From assembly GCA_965237415.1 (NCBI GenBank), contig CBDEFM010000002.1, positions 2,624,001-2,688,000 on the forward strand: a DNA stretch of 64,000 nucleotides, in the 5' to 3' direction. The DNA is from Alphaproteobacteria bacterium. GTDB taxonomy: Bacteria; Pseudomonadota; Alphaproteobacteria; UBA828. The first letter of the stretch is position 1. Each line of letters begins with the position of its first letter. This document shows, piece by piece, positions 10,930-20,526 of the stretch. The notes beneath the pieces are model-generated. The model saw only the letters and a list, made by a program, of their open reading frames with translations. It was not told the origin of the DNA and did no database searches. Position numbers and translations under genes: made by a program.

Positions 10930-13116
10930 TCACTCTCCTGCCGCCGGGCCCCTATTTCCGGTAAGCGCGGCCACCATGTTGTCGATCAGCCGCATGCCGA
11001 TCCCCTCGTCGAGGGAGAGGATCGATTCCGGGTGGAACTGCACGGCGGCGATCGGCTTGGCGCGGTGCTCCAGCGCCATGACGATGCCGTCGTCGGTTTC
11101 GGCAGTGACGGCGAGGAGGTCGTCGGGGAGCGACACGCGCCGGGCGTAGAGCGAGTGGTAGCGGCCGACGCGGAAGCGCCCCGGCAACCCCTGGAAGAGC
11201 GCGCTGCCCTGCACCGTGACCTCCGAGGGCTTGCCGTGGACCGGTTCGTCGAGCTGGTCGAGCCGGCCGCCGAAATACTCGGCCACGGCCTGCAGCCCGA
11301 GGCAGACGCCGAACAGCGGCACGTCCTTCGCCAGCACGAGGGCGATGGTCTCGGCGGTGCCGAAATCCTCGGGCCGGCCGGGGCCGGGCGAGAGCACGAC
11401 GAGATCGGGCGCGCCCTCCCGCAACGCTTGGCGCGCGGGCTCGGGCCGGAGCGTCTCGACCTGGGCGCCGGTCTGGCGCAGATAGTTGGCGAGCGTATGG
11501 ACAAACGAATCCTCGTGATCGACCAGAAGCACGCGCCGCGCAGTCCCCGGCCGGGCCGAGGGCGCGTGCGCCGGCGCCGGTGCGGCCTCAGCCCGCACGG
11601 CCGCGAATAGCGCGGACGCCTTGAGCCGGCACTCGTCGTCCTCGGCTTGCGGCTCGCTGTCGTAGAGCAGCGTGGCGCCGGCCCTGATCTCGGCGATTCC
11701 GTCCTTCATGCGCACGGTGCGGAGCGTGAGTCCAGTGTTCATCGCCCCGTCGAAGCCGATGCGGCCGATGGCGCCGCCGTACCAGCGCCGCGCCGAGCGC
11801 TCGTTCGCCTCGATGAAGCGGATCGCCCAGTGCTTGGGCGCGCCGGTCACCGTCACCGCCCAGGTGTGGCTGAGGAAGGCGTCGAGCGCATCGAACTCAG
11901 GGCGCAGGATGCCCTCCACGTGATCCACCGTGTGGATCAGGCGCGAGTAGAGCTCCACCTGCCGGCGCCCGATCACCCGCACGGAGCCCGGCTCGCAGAT
12001 ACGCGACTTGTCGTTGCGATCGACGTCGGTGCACATGGTGAGCTCGGCCTCGTCCTTGGCCGAGTTGAGGAGCTTCGCGATCTGGGCGGCGTCCCCCAAC
12101 GCGTCCTTGCCACGCGCGATGGTGCCAGAGATCGGGCAGGTCTCGACGCGGCGGCCCTCCACCCGCACATACATCTCGGGCGAGGCGGCGACCAGGAACT
12201 CGCCGGCGCCCAGGTTCATCAGCGCGCAGTAGGGCGCGGGGTTGAGGGTGCGCAGGCGGTCGAACACCGCGGACGGCGCATCGGCGCAGGATTCGCTGAA
12301 CTGTTGGCTCAGCACCACCTCGAAGAGGTCGCCCCGGCGGAACGCATCCCTGGCGCGCTCCACAGCCGCCGGGTATTCGCCCGGCTGATGGTCGTTGGCA
12401 GGCGGGTTGTTGCCGGGAAGCGCAGGCGCGTAGGCGTCCTCCCGAGGCGCGCGAGCCATGTCGCGCGTGTCGCCGGCCTGGGTGACGAAATCGTAGCGGT
12501 GCCACATTGCCCGGTCCGACATGTGATCGACGACAAGGATCTCGTCCGGCACGAAGAGCACCAGGTCGCGCTGGTCGGCGGGTCGCTCGAGGCGCAACTC
12601 CACCGGCTCGAACTGGTGGGCGAGGTCGTAGCCGAAGGCGCCGTAGAGACCGAAGTGCTGGTCCTCGTCGTTGCTGAAGAGCTCGATGACCGCGCGCAGC
12701 AAACTGAAGATGGAGGGCTGCCGGCTGCGCTGCTCCTCGGGCACGATCTCCGTCGGCCGGCGGATGCGTCCTTGAAGGCGATCGGCCTCCGCCTCCAGCG
12801 AGGCGACGGCATCGAGCGGCTCGATCGCGGCGCGGATCGGCTCGATCAGGACCTGGCCTCTCGGCTCCAGCGCCGTGACCTCGAAATCGCGCCCGCGGCA
12901 GATAATGGCGAGCGGCGGGGCGGCAAAGCCTAAGTCCCAGCGCGTGTAGCGGCCGGGGAACTCAAAACACGACGACATGAAGACGCCGGGGTGGCGGTCC
13001 AGCCGCTCGACCAAGGCCGCGGCCGCAGGCTCGCCGTCCACCTCCAAATCGCGGCGGTGGACCGTGATGCCGCCGCGGGTGCGGTAACGGCGGTCGAGGG
13101 TCGCAGGTTCGCTCAT
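10930..13116 (-). CDS. trpE: anthranilate synthase, fused component I + glutamine amidotransferase
   Basis: TCPISGT, ELTMCTDVDRNDK, TVTGAPK; C-terminal GATase DHEDSFVHTL, SPGPG, GVCLG, QFHPES. Confidence 0.95.
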   Translation of the reverse strand: MSEPATLDRRYRTRGGITVHRRDLEVDGEPAAAALVERLDRHPGVFMSSCFEFPGRYTRWDLGFAAPPLAIICRGRDFEVTALEPRGQVLIEPIRAAIEPLDAVASLEAEADRLQGRIRRPTEIVPEEQRSRQPSIFSLLRAVIELFSNDEDQHFGLYGAFGYDLAHQFEPVELRLERPADQRDLVLFVPDEILVVDHMSDRAMWHRYDFVTQAGDTRDMARAPREDAYAPALPGNNPPANDHQPGEYPAAVERARDAFRRGDLFEVVLSQQFSESCADAPSAVFDRLRTLNPAPYCALMNLGAGEFLVAASPEMYVRVEGRRVETCPISGTIARGKDALGDAAQIAKLLNSAKDEAELTMCTDVDRNDKSRICEPGSVRVIGRRQVELYSRLIHTVDHVEGILRPEFDALDAFLSHTWAVTVTGAPKHWAIRFIEANERSARRWYGGAIGRIGFDGAMNTGLTLRTVRMKDGIAEIRAGATLLYDSEPQAEDDECRLKASALFAAVRAEAAPAPAHAPSARPGTARRVLLVDHEDSFVHTLANYLRQTGAQVETLRPEPARQALREGAPDLVVLSPGPGRPEDFGTAETIALVLAKDVPLFGVCLGLQAVAEYFGGRLDQLDEPVHGKPSEVTVQGSALFQGLPGRFRVGRYHSLYARRVSLPDDLLAVTAETDDGIVMALEHRAKPIAAVQFHPESILSLDEGIGMRLIDNMVAALTGNRGPAAGE

Positions 13117-13147
13117 GGCGCCCTTATCCCACCTGCCGACGGGGCCA

Positions 13148-13266
13148 ACAAGCCCAGACCAGTTGAAATACGAACAGGGAACGGCAACGCGAGACTGTCG
13201 GCCGAGAAGGATCGTTCATTACGCCATGACCCAGCACCTGCGAACCGGGGCCCGACAAGCCCAGAC
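13148..13266. repeat. 12-bp direct repeat ACAAGCCCAGAC at the left edge of the lower-GC islet
   Basis: Exact copies at 13148-13159 and 13255-13266, both preceded by GGGGCC. Confidence 0.6.
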
Positions 13267-13304
13267 AGGCTTGCGCCTGCCATCCGAAGTTCTTACGTTA
13301 ACGA

Positions 13305-13334
13305 TTGACAGCTTGGACACTTCGGCGATACGAA
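13305..13334 (+). promoter_or_regulatory. possible sigma70 promoter for the three-gene islet
   Basis: Perfect TTGACA at 13305-13310, but only a weak -10 (TACGAA) at 18 bp spacing. Confidence 0.3.
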
Positions 13335-13383
13335 AGGATGGTGCCATGTCTCCTGAAGCTACCAAAGGTGCCGAGCGGAACTA

Positions 13384-14208
13384 GTGATGAGCGAGTACCT
13401 ACCATATTCGGGCACTCATTCGATCCAAGAAGCGGTCATTGCGATTCATTTCCGGGGCAGAGTATCCCCCGAAGAAGTAAGGTATGCTAGGGACACCGCT
13501 AAGGCCGAGCTAGATAGTGTTCTTCCGCGGCTAAACGAACATCATCAAGTGCAAGAAATTAAGATAGAGCAGGGGCAGCTTTCTCAATTGTCTGGAGAGC
13601 CTCGCCTCGTAGGCTTTGAGCTATCGAAAGTGCAGGCAGATGCCAAACCGGCTCGCGTTCTTCGCTTGTTTGAAAACATGATAACCGTTAATTTTTTGCA
13701 GTACAAGGACTGGGGAACGACCCTGACTGCTAGTCTCGGGTATACCAAACTATTGTTGCAGGCCGTCAAACTTCCTGCAAACCCAGTTCAGGCGTTCAGC
13801 TTGAGGTACATTGATCGGTACACGTATGACGGCTCGTTGAATGAACCTAACGCTGGACTCCTTCTTCGGAAAGGAAACGACTACATAGCGCCGTCTTGTT
13901 TCGGCGCAGGTCCATTGTGGCATTGCCATTCTGGTTGGTTTGAGGCACTCAACAGTGTCGATAAGATCCTTAACCAACTCAATGTTGGAAGTACGATTGT
14001 TGATCAAGTTTCGACAGTTACTATTGACCACAATGCGATCTGCCAATTAAGTTTACCTCGACAATCCATTGAGGCTCTCTTCGAACCCCCGTCAGGGAAG
14101 GACGCTGGGATTGAATACGCGCTAGACCGCCTTCATGACAAGAATGGAGATATATTGAGGAACATGCTTGTGCCCGAGATGCTGGATAGGATTGGACTTC
14201 AAGCATGA
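13384..14208 (+). CDS. TIGR04255 family protein (sporadically distributed, unknown function)
   Basis: N-terminal HSIQEAVIAIHF, central Y.DW, SLRYIDRY motif and late TIDH; lower GC than flanks. Confidence 0.7.
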   Translation: MMSEYLPYSGTHSIQEAVIAIHFRGRVSPEEVRYARDTAKAELDSVLPRLNEHHQVQEIKIEQGQLSQLSGEPRLVGFELSKVQADAKPARVLRLFENMITVNFLQYKDWGTTLTASLGYTKLLLQAVKLPANPVQAFSLRYIDRYTYDGSLNEPNAGLLLRKGNDYIAPSCFGAGPLWHCHSGWFEALNSVDKILNQLNVGSTIVDQVSTVTIDHNAICQLSLPRQSIEALFEPPSGKDAGIEYALDRLHDKNGDILRNMLVPEMLDRIGLQA

Positions 14209-14759
14209 CTGCGTCTAATTCGGAATTGAATTATCAGACCTCCATGCTTGGGGCAATATCGTACGACATGGGCGTAGAGGAAATTGGCCGTGTGGAATGG
14301 CCTCAAATAACAGATTTAGAAGATTGTTCGGTTAAATTGATCGGAGAAAAACTTGTCTTAATTACCGCGGTTGCGCCTTTCGAGAAGATGACGGTTGCGC
14401 CGCCGACGCTTTCAACGGTGCATAAACTGACAATGAAATTGAAATCTCTTCAGAATATGCCCGATAACGAAAAATGGCCTGGATCCACCTGGCCCAGCGC
14501 TCAAGCCTTTGAGGACGCACATCTGTTCATTCATCGCTCAACTTTAAGCTCGATTCCGACACCTGAGGTCAAATTAGCAAACGATGGCGAAATAAATTTC
14601 CTGTGGACGGGAAATGAGGTTCATGTTGATTTAGGATTCTATGGAACGGGCGCGTTTAGCTATTTTGCGCGCGGAAATGATGAACGAAGGCTCCACGGAG
14701 AATGTGTGCCGGCATCAAAAGGTTTGCCGCAGGAAATAGTGGCGCTGTTCGCGGCTTAG
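14205..14759 (+). CDS. hypothetical protein, middle gene of triplet
   Basis: ATGA overlap with upstream gene; C-terminal domain W.GS..PS..A...A..F...P......DGEI.F.W. Confidence 0.7.
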   Translation: MTASNSELNYQTSMLGAISYDMGVEEIGRVEWPQITDLEDCSVKLIGEKLVLITAVAPFEKMTVAPPTLSTVHKLTMKLKSLQNMPDNEKWPGSTWPSAQAFEDAHLFIHRSTLSSIPTPEVKLANDGEINFLWTGNEVHVDLGFYGTGAFSYFARGNDERRLHGECVPASKGLPQEIVALFAA

Positions 14760-14766
14760 TTCAACA

Positions 14767-15258
14767 TTGACAGGCTCTTCTCCCCACCTAGATGAATATA
14801 CTAGTGCCACACCGGATATTTCACCCGGAGTTGTCGAGGATTCTGAACTCCTACTTCGCGAGATGTTTAATCCCCATCACGTGAAGAATGGGAAACTTCT
14901 CGAAACAGCGATATCCCTAGACGATTTGCTATCAAGAGGGTTTTCTGTTCATCGAATTACGTACGTGAGTCGAGAACTCGTCAAAGGGTCAATGAAGGAA
15001 CGCTTTTCAAGACCGAGACGGGGACCAGCCTGGAAAGAAGAGGGAGTGGCGAGACTACAAACTGGCGCAGTTCGCCGCCTTCGAGTCGATGACCAACAGG
15101 CCCTAGTGGTGATCGATACGGCAGACGCAAGTAATCAGGGACACGCCAGCATATACGCTAAGGCGCCGGACATTGGCAAAGCGCATGCGCGGGAACTGCG
15201 GTCACTATTGCTGCCACTCTTGCAGGAAAGAATGTCCGTAGATCAAGCGTTTGAGTAG
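14767..15258 (+). CDS. hypothetical protein, possible ADP-ribosyltransferase/RES-like fold toxin
   Basis: TTG start, 7 bp gap after previous stop; pattern ELLLR...GFSVHR...GHASI. Fold assignment is inference. Confidence 0.55.
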   Translation: MTGSSPHLDEYTSATPDISPGVVEDSELLLREMFNPHHVKNGKLLETAISLDDLLSRGFSVHRITYVSRELVKGSMKERFSRPRRGPAWKEEGVARLQTGAVRRLRVDDQQALVVIDTADASNQGHASIYAKAPDIGKAHARELRSLLLPLLQERMSVDQAFE

Positions 15259-15286
15259 GTGCCCAGATGGGTTTTAGAGGCCGCCC

Positions 15287-16711
15287 TCACGCCCGCCGTA
15301 ACTCCACGATGGATTCGTAGAGTGTCCCACCATTCGCCTTGCCGGCACGAACACTTGACTCGACGATGCTGCTACCGACCCGGGTTTCGCGGGGAACGTG
15401 AATTTCTATCACCCGGAAGCCGCGCGATTCAGCGATGGCGGCGAGGAAGCGATCGGTCGGGATCGGCACCCCCTGCAAGATGGAGTTGCCGATGACGACC
15501 AGGGCGGTCGCCTTCGGACGCAAGCACCAGGCCGCACCGTCGAGGAAGCGGGCACAGTCGTTGAAATACTGAGCCGCGTAGTTGGCCCAGCCGTTGCCGC
15601 CGTAGACGCCCTTGTCGGGGTTCCGCTGCCGCACCGTGTCGATGGCCTCTCGAATCGCGCTGTCGTCGATGGAGGGGTCGAGGTCGATCCGCGCTTCGTC
15701 ACGGGCGTTCTGCCAGTAGGTGCCGAAGTTGAGCTCTTCCAGCCGCTTCATCTCGCGTGGTGCGGCGCAGAATCCCAGCCAGTAGAGGTGCGGGCGCGTG
15801 TTGCGGTTGTAGTGGTAGTTGTTGAGATAGGGCGGTGAGGTGACGAGCAGGTCCACGCTTTCCGCCGGGATCGCACTGTAGCCGTCGAAGAACGAGCGCT
15901 CGAAGACTCGCCCGTCCCCTCGCTCGGGGTTCTCGCGCGCGCCGCGATACCAGGCGGCATCGTCCGCCATCTGACGGAGCTTGGCCGCAATGGCACCTGC
16001 CACGTCGTCATCCACGACCTCCGGCCGCCCGACCGACGCCTTGCGACCGAGGCTCGGCTCGTAGGAATAGTTTGAGTAACCCACCATTGTCGCCGCAAAG
16101 GCGAGACGGAATAGGCTGGCGATCGGCGTCTCCAGCGGCGCCATGAAATCGAAGGCCAAGAGGACCTTGCGCTCGACCGCCGGGCTGTAGAACGGCGCCC
16201 GCGTGCGGAAGGCGGCGGGAGGCACCGCCTCGGGCGCGCAGCCTGCGTGCTCGCTATCCTCCATGAACGCAACGAATTCCGCGACGGAGGCCCTGAGCTG
16301 CGCGGGCTCCAGCCGATGGGCCCCTAACTTCGTCCGCGCGGCGAAAGCAGCGTAGGGATTGATTTCGAAGCCGATAGCCTCGTGGCCTGCGAGGTCGGCT
16401 TCGATCAGCGTCGTGCCGACGCCGGCGAAGGGATCGAGCACCACGCCCTGCTCCGGCCCCGACAAGTGACGGTCCAGCGCGTCCTGAACGAACTGCCGGG
16501 AAAAGCCCGCGATCCAGGGAACCCACCGGTGCACCGGCGTCTCCCGGTTGGCCATGAAGGCGGGGTCGCGGAATCCTCCGCGCTGGGGAGCCCGGCCGTC
16601 GGTGACTTCAGGCGGCCGGTCCCCCAAGGGCGAACCGCTATCTTCCCGTTCACGTCGTGCGCCGACGCGGTCTTCGAACTGAAACTCTGCCTGTCGCGGA
16701 TGCTGCGGCAT
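15287..16711 (-). CDS. DNA methyltransferase, N4-cytosine type, alpha motif order (resembles M.AvaI/M.BsoBI group)
   Basis: HRWVPWIAGFS, motif I DPFAGVGTT preceding motif IV TSPPY; start may lie further downstream. Confidence 0.85.
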   Translation of the reverse strand: MPQHPRQAEFQFEDRVGARREREDSGSPLGDRPPEVTDGRAPQRGGFRDPAFMANRETPVHRWVPWIAGFSRQFVQDALDRHLSGPEQGVVLDPFAGVGTTLIEADLAGHEAIGFEINPYAAFAARTKLGAHRLEPAQLRASVAEFVAFMEDSEHAGCAPEAVPPAAFRTRAPFYSPAVERKVLLAFDFMAPLETPIASLFRLAFAATMVGYSNYSYEPSLGRKASVGRPEVVDDDVAGAIAAKLRQMADDAAWYRGARENPERGDGRVFERSFFDGYSAIPAESVDLLVTSPPYLNNYHYNRNTRPHLYWLGFCAAPREMKRLEELNFGTYWQNARDEARIDLDPSIDDSAIREAIDTVRQRNPDKGVYGGNGWANYAAQYFNDCARFLDGAAWCLRPKATALVVIGNSILQGVPIPTDRFLAAIAESRGFRVIEIHVPRETRVGSSIVESSVRAGKANGGTLYESIVELRRA

Positions 16712-16727
16712 GTCTCCCGACGGTCGG

Positions 16728-17705
16728 TCAGGGGGTCAGGATCGTCGAGCCCGTGGTCTTCCGGGCCTCCAGATCGCGATGCGCCTGAGCGGCCTCGGCC
16801 AGCGGGTAGGTCTGGTGAATCTCGATTCTGACGGCGCCCGAGCGCACGACGTCGAAGAGGGCGCCTGCGGATTCCTCAAGCTCGGGCCGGGTCGCGTTGT
16901 AACCGAAGAGGGTGGGCCGCGTGATGTAGGCACTCTTGGGCGCGAGTCTCGCCAGGTTGAAGTCGGTGATGGGGCCGGAGGCGTTGCCGAAGCTCGCCAG
17001 CGTCCCGAGCCGCGCGAGGCTCTTGAGCGAGCCTTCCAGCGTGTCAGCGCCGATGGAATCGTAGACCACGGGCACGCCCTGGCCGTCGGTGATTTCCATG
17101 ACGCGCTCGGCGAAATCCTCTGTCCGGTACATGACCGGGTGGTCGCAGCCGTGGGCGCGGGCGAGCGCGGCCTTCTCCTCCGAGCCCACGGTGCCGATCA
17201 CCGTGGCCCCCAGGTGCTTGAGCCACTGGCACTGGATCAGTCCGACTCCGCCGGCGGCGGCGTGCACCAGCACGGTCTCGCCGGCCTTCACCGGGTAGGT
17301 GCGGCGGATCAGATATTCGACCGTCATGCCCTGGAGCATCATCGCCGCGCCCTGCTCGAAGCTGATGTCGGCGGGCAGCTCCACCAGCGATCCCGCCGGC
17401 ATCACACGGGCCTCGGAATAGCCGCCGGGGGGCGGCGGGCTGGCGTAAGCGACGCGCATGCCGGCGGAGACCTCGGCGACGCCCTCGCCTACCGCCTCGA
17501 CCACACCCGCCCCCTCCATGCCGATGGGCCAGGGCAGCGAGGGCACCGGGTAGAGGCCGGTGCGGTGATAGACGTCGATATAGTTGAGGCCGATTGCCTC
17601 GTGGCGCACGAGCGCCTCGCCGGGGCCGGGATCGGGCAGGGTGACATCCTCGTAGTGCAGCACCTCGGGCCCGCCGGCTTCGTGCATCCGAACTGCCTTG
17701 ACCAT
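16728..17705 (-). CDS. qor: NADPH:quinone oxidoreductase
   Basis: GGPEVL, IGLNYID, HAAAGGVG, YDSIG, TTGSTIL. Confidence 0.9.
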   Translation of the reverse strand: MVKAVRMHEAGGPEVLHYEDVTLPDPGPGEALVRHEAIGLNYIDVYHRTGLYPVPSLPWPIGMEGAGVVEAVGEGVAEVSAGMRVAYASPPPPGGYSEARVMPAGSLVELPADISFEQGAAMMLQGMTVEYLIRRTYPVKAGETVLVHAAAGGVGLIQCQWLKHLGATVIGTVGSEEKAALARAHGCDHPVMYRTEDFAERVMEITDGQGVPVVYDSIGADTLEGSLKSLARLGTLASFGNASGPITDFNLARLAPKSAYITRPTLFGYNATRPELEESAGALFDVVRSGAVRIEIHQTYPLAEAAQAHRDLEARKTTGSTILTP

Positions 17706-17750
17706 GAGTCGTCCTTTCTTGTCGGGGGCGCCCGCCCGGCTGCGCTCGGC

Positions 17751-18224
17751 TTAGACCGAAAGCGTCGGCGGAAGCGCGCGTTCGAGCGCAAGAAGTTGGC
17801 GCTTGGTATCACAGCCGGCGCCGCCGGAGAAGCCGCCGAGCGCGCCGCCCGCCCCAACGACCCGGTGGCACGGGATGACGAGGGGGATCGGATTGGCACC
17901 ACAGGCGCCGCCGATGGCGCGGGGCGCGCTGTCAAGCTCGCGGGCGAGGTCACCGTAGCTCCGGGTTTCGCCATAGGGAATGGCCTGCATCGCCGCCCAC
18001 ACCCGGCGGCGGAAGGGCGTCCCTTGGGGCGCGAGGGGCAGCGCGAATTCGCGGCGGTCGCCGGCGAAATATTCGGTGAGTTGGCCGGCGGCCTCTGTCA
18101 GCACGCCGGTGTTCGGGCCGGGTCCGCCGCCGCCACCGAAGTCGATCGCCGTGACTGCGCCGTCCTCGGCGGTGATCGTGAGCGGGCCGACGGGGCTTTC
18201 GATGGTGCAGCTGGTGGCTGTCAT
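17751..18224 (-). CDS. ogt: methylated-DNA--protein-cysteine methyltransferase
   Basis: ESPVGPL, GTPFRRRVW, IPYGETRSY, active site PCHRV; ATG at 18224. Confidence 0.93.
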   Translation of the reverse strand: MTATSCTIESPVGPLTITAEDGAVTAIDFGGGGGPGPNTGVLTEAAGQLTEYFAGDRREFALPLAPQGTPFRRRVWAAMQAIPYGETRSYGDLARELDSAPRAIGGACGANPIPLVIPCHRVVGAGGALGGFSGGAGCDTKRQLLALERALPPTLSV

Positions 18225-18229
18225 AGGTC

Positions 18230-20269
18230 TCAGCCTTCGCCCGGTGCGCGTGCGGCCTCGTCGAGCGCGCCCTGGAGCGCGTGCGGTTCGGTCACCGGCA
18301 GTGAGCAGACCGGGCCCACGCAGACGTAGGCCGTGGCCCGCCCCTCGTGCTGCCCCTTGCCGGCGGCGGGATGGCCGATCGCAAGCGCATCCCCCGGCGC
18401 GAGCACGCTCAGCACACGGTTGGGCAAGCTCGTTGCGTAGATAGCGTCGATGAGGGCTCTCGTCCCCTCCTCCGCTGGCTCTCCGCAAACCACCACCTGC
18501 ACCGCGCGGCGCAGCACCTCGCTGTTGTTGGCGAGCGTCGACAAGGGAGAGAAGTTCCCCTCCAGCTCGCCGGAGAACGCCTTCACCAACGCCTCGGCGC
18601 GGTCGCGATAGCCCGCCTCGCCGGTGAGATAGTGGAGGCGCGCGAGCACGCCCACCATGGTGCCGTTGCCGGCGGGCGTTGCCGCGTCGTGGGCCGTCTT
18701 GGTGCGGCTGATGCTCGTCTCGCCGTCGTCCGGCGTATAGAAGTAGCCACCCTCCGCCTCGTCCCAGTAGTGGGCGTCGAGGACCGCGACCCAGCCCTGC
18801 GCACGGGCGAGGTAGGCACCGTCGCCGGTCGCCTCCGCCAGCATCAGGGCCGCCCGCGCCATCTCGGCATAGTCGTCGAGGAACTCCACGTCCTTGGAGC
18901 GGCCGTGGCGGGCCGAGTGGCGGAGGCGCTCGCCTGCCGCCATGGGTCCTGCCACATAGTCGAAGGCTTCCACCGCCGCGTCGAGCCACGACTGCTCGCC
19001 GAAGACACATCCGGCGGTGGCGAGGGCCGCGATCATCAGGCCGTTCCAGTCGGCGAGCACCTTATCGTCCCAACCTGGGCGCTCCCGGCTGGCACGACGC
19101 TCCAGCAGCACCGTGCGCAGCTTGGCAAGCCGGGCCTCGTCCGGCGTCTCGTCGGTGCCGGGTGGCAAGAGGCGGTTGAGGATCGTCTTCCCCTCCCAGT
19201 TGCCGCCTGGCGTCACGTCGTAGACGGCCTTGAAATAGGCCGCGTCCGCGCCGAGAAGCTCGTCGATCTCGGCCTCGTTCCAGACGTAGAACGTGCCTTC
19301 CTCGCCTTCCGAATCGGCATCCAGCGCGCTCGCGAACGCGCCCTCGCCGGTGCGCATCTCGCGCAGCACCCAGGCGACCGTTTCCGCCGCGCGGGCGGCG
19401 AAGAGCGGCTCGCCCGTCTCCTGCCAGACGTGACACAGCAGATCGAGAAGCTGGGCGTTGTCGTAGAGCATTTTCTCGAAATGGGGCGCGAGCCAGCGCT
19501 CGTCGGTGGAGTAGCGCGCGAAGCCGCCGCCCAGATGGTCGTAGATGCCGCCCTGGCACATGCGTTCCATGCTCAGTACGACGGCGGTCTTCATCAAGAG
19601 CGACCCGGTTCGCAAGTAGCTGCGCCAGAGAAGCTCCAGCATGGAACATTGCGGGAACTTTGGCGCACCGCCAATGCCACCGTGGCGTCCGTCGACCTCG
19701 CGCAGCAGAGTCCGCGCCATGTTCTCGGTTTGTACCTCGGTCACGGCCTCGCCGGGCTTACTACGGGCGAGTCCCTGCAACGCTTCGACGAGCGCTGTTC
19801 TGTTTTTGTCCACTTTGTCGCGGTCGCCGCGATAGGTCTGCTCGATCAGGCGCAGCACATCCTTGAAGCCGGGGCGGCCGAAGCGCGGCTCCAGCGGGAA
19901 GTAGGTGCCGCCCCAGAAGGGCTCGGCGTCGGGGGTGAGGAACATGGTGAGCGGCCAGCCCCCCTGCTGGCCCATGAGCGCCAACGCCCGCTGATAGATG
20001 GTGTCGAGGTCGGGGCGTTCTTCGCGGTCCACCTTGATGTTGACGAAGAGCCCGTTCATCAGCTGAGCCGTCTCATCGTCCTCGAAGCTCTCGTGGGCCA
20101 TGACATGGCACCAGTGGCAGGCGGAGTAGCCGACCGAGAGCAGGATCGCCTTGTCGGCCGCCTTCGCCTCGGCCAGCGCCTCCGGCCCCCACGGGCGCCA
20201 GTGCACCGGGTTGTCGCGGTGTTGCAGGAGATAGGGGCTGGATTCGGCGCCCAAAAGGTTCTCGCTCAT
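18230..20269 (-). CDS. thioredoxin-domain protein YyaL/SSP411 family
   Basis: [49 protein letters not shown]. Confidence 0.92.
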   Translation of the reverse strand: MSENLLGAESSPYLLQHRDNPVHWRPWGPEALAEAKAADKAILLSVGYSACHWCHVMAHESFEDDETAQLMNGLFVNIKVDREERPDLDTIYQRALALMGQQGGWPLTMFLTPDAEPFWGGTYFPLEPRFGRPGFKDVLRLIEQTYRGDRDKVDKNRTALVEALQGLARSKPGEAVTEVQTENMARTLLREVDGRHGGIGGAPKFPQCSMLELLWRSYLRTGSLLMKTAVVLSMERMCQGGIYDHLGGGFARYSTDERWLAPHFEKMLYDNAQLLDLLCHVWQETGEPLFAARAAETVAWVLREMRTGEGAFASALDADSEGEEGTFYVWNEAEIDELLGADAAYFKAVYDVTPGGNWEGKTILNRLLPPGTDETPDEARLAKLRTVLLERRASRERPGWDDKVLADWNGLMIAALATAGCVFGEQSWLDAAVEAFDYVAGPMAAGERLRHSARHGRSKDVEFLDDYAEMARAALMLAEATGDGAYLARAQGWVAVLDAHYWDEAEGGYFYTPDDGETSISRTKTAHDAATPAGNGTMVGVLARLHYLTGEAGYRDRAEALVKAFSGELEGNFSPLSTLANNSEVLRRAVQVVVCGEPAEEGTRALIDAIYATSLPNRVLSVLAPGDALAIGHPAAGKGQHEGRATAYVCVGPVCSLPVTEPHALQGALDEAARAPGEG

Positions 20270-20526
20270 GGCCCTTCCCGTCTGGTTCGGACCGCGCGCG
20301 CCAGCGGGGCGGCCTGGCGCCTGAGCATAGGGTGCCGCGCCCTCAGTCGCCAGCCCGGCACGCCGATCACCGTACTGGTGAACAACGCAACGCTCCCGCC
20401 AATGCAGCAGGCGCGGAGAATTGGATTGTCCGCGTTGGGCTGTGCTCGTTACAATATTTGAGCGTGAGGAAGGAGGCCGTTCGCACAGAGCTGCCTCGAG
20501 TAAACAGGCGGCGATGTGGGGTATTT

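Noticed and set aside
13115-13384. 89-aa ORF as a fourth gene of the islet
   Set aside because: It starts on top of the trpE start codon, spans the probable divergent promoter and has no motif
17751-19010. 419-aa extended Ogt
   Set aside because: The extension overlaps yyaL in another frame and is low-complexity; the Ogt domain starts at 18224
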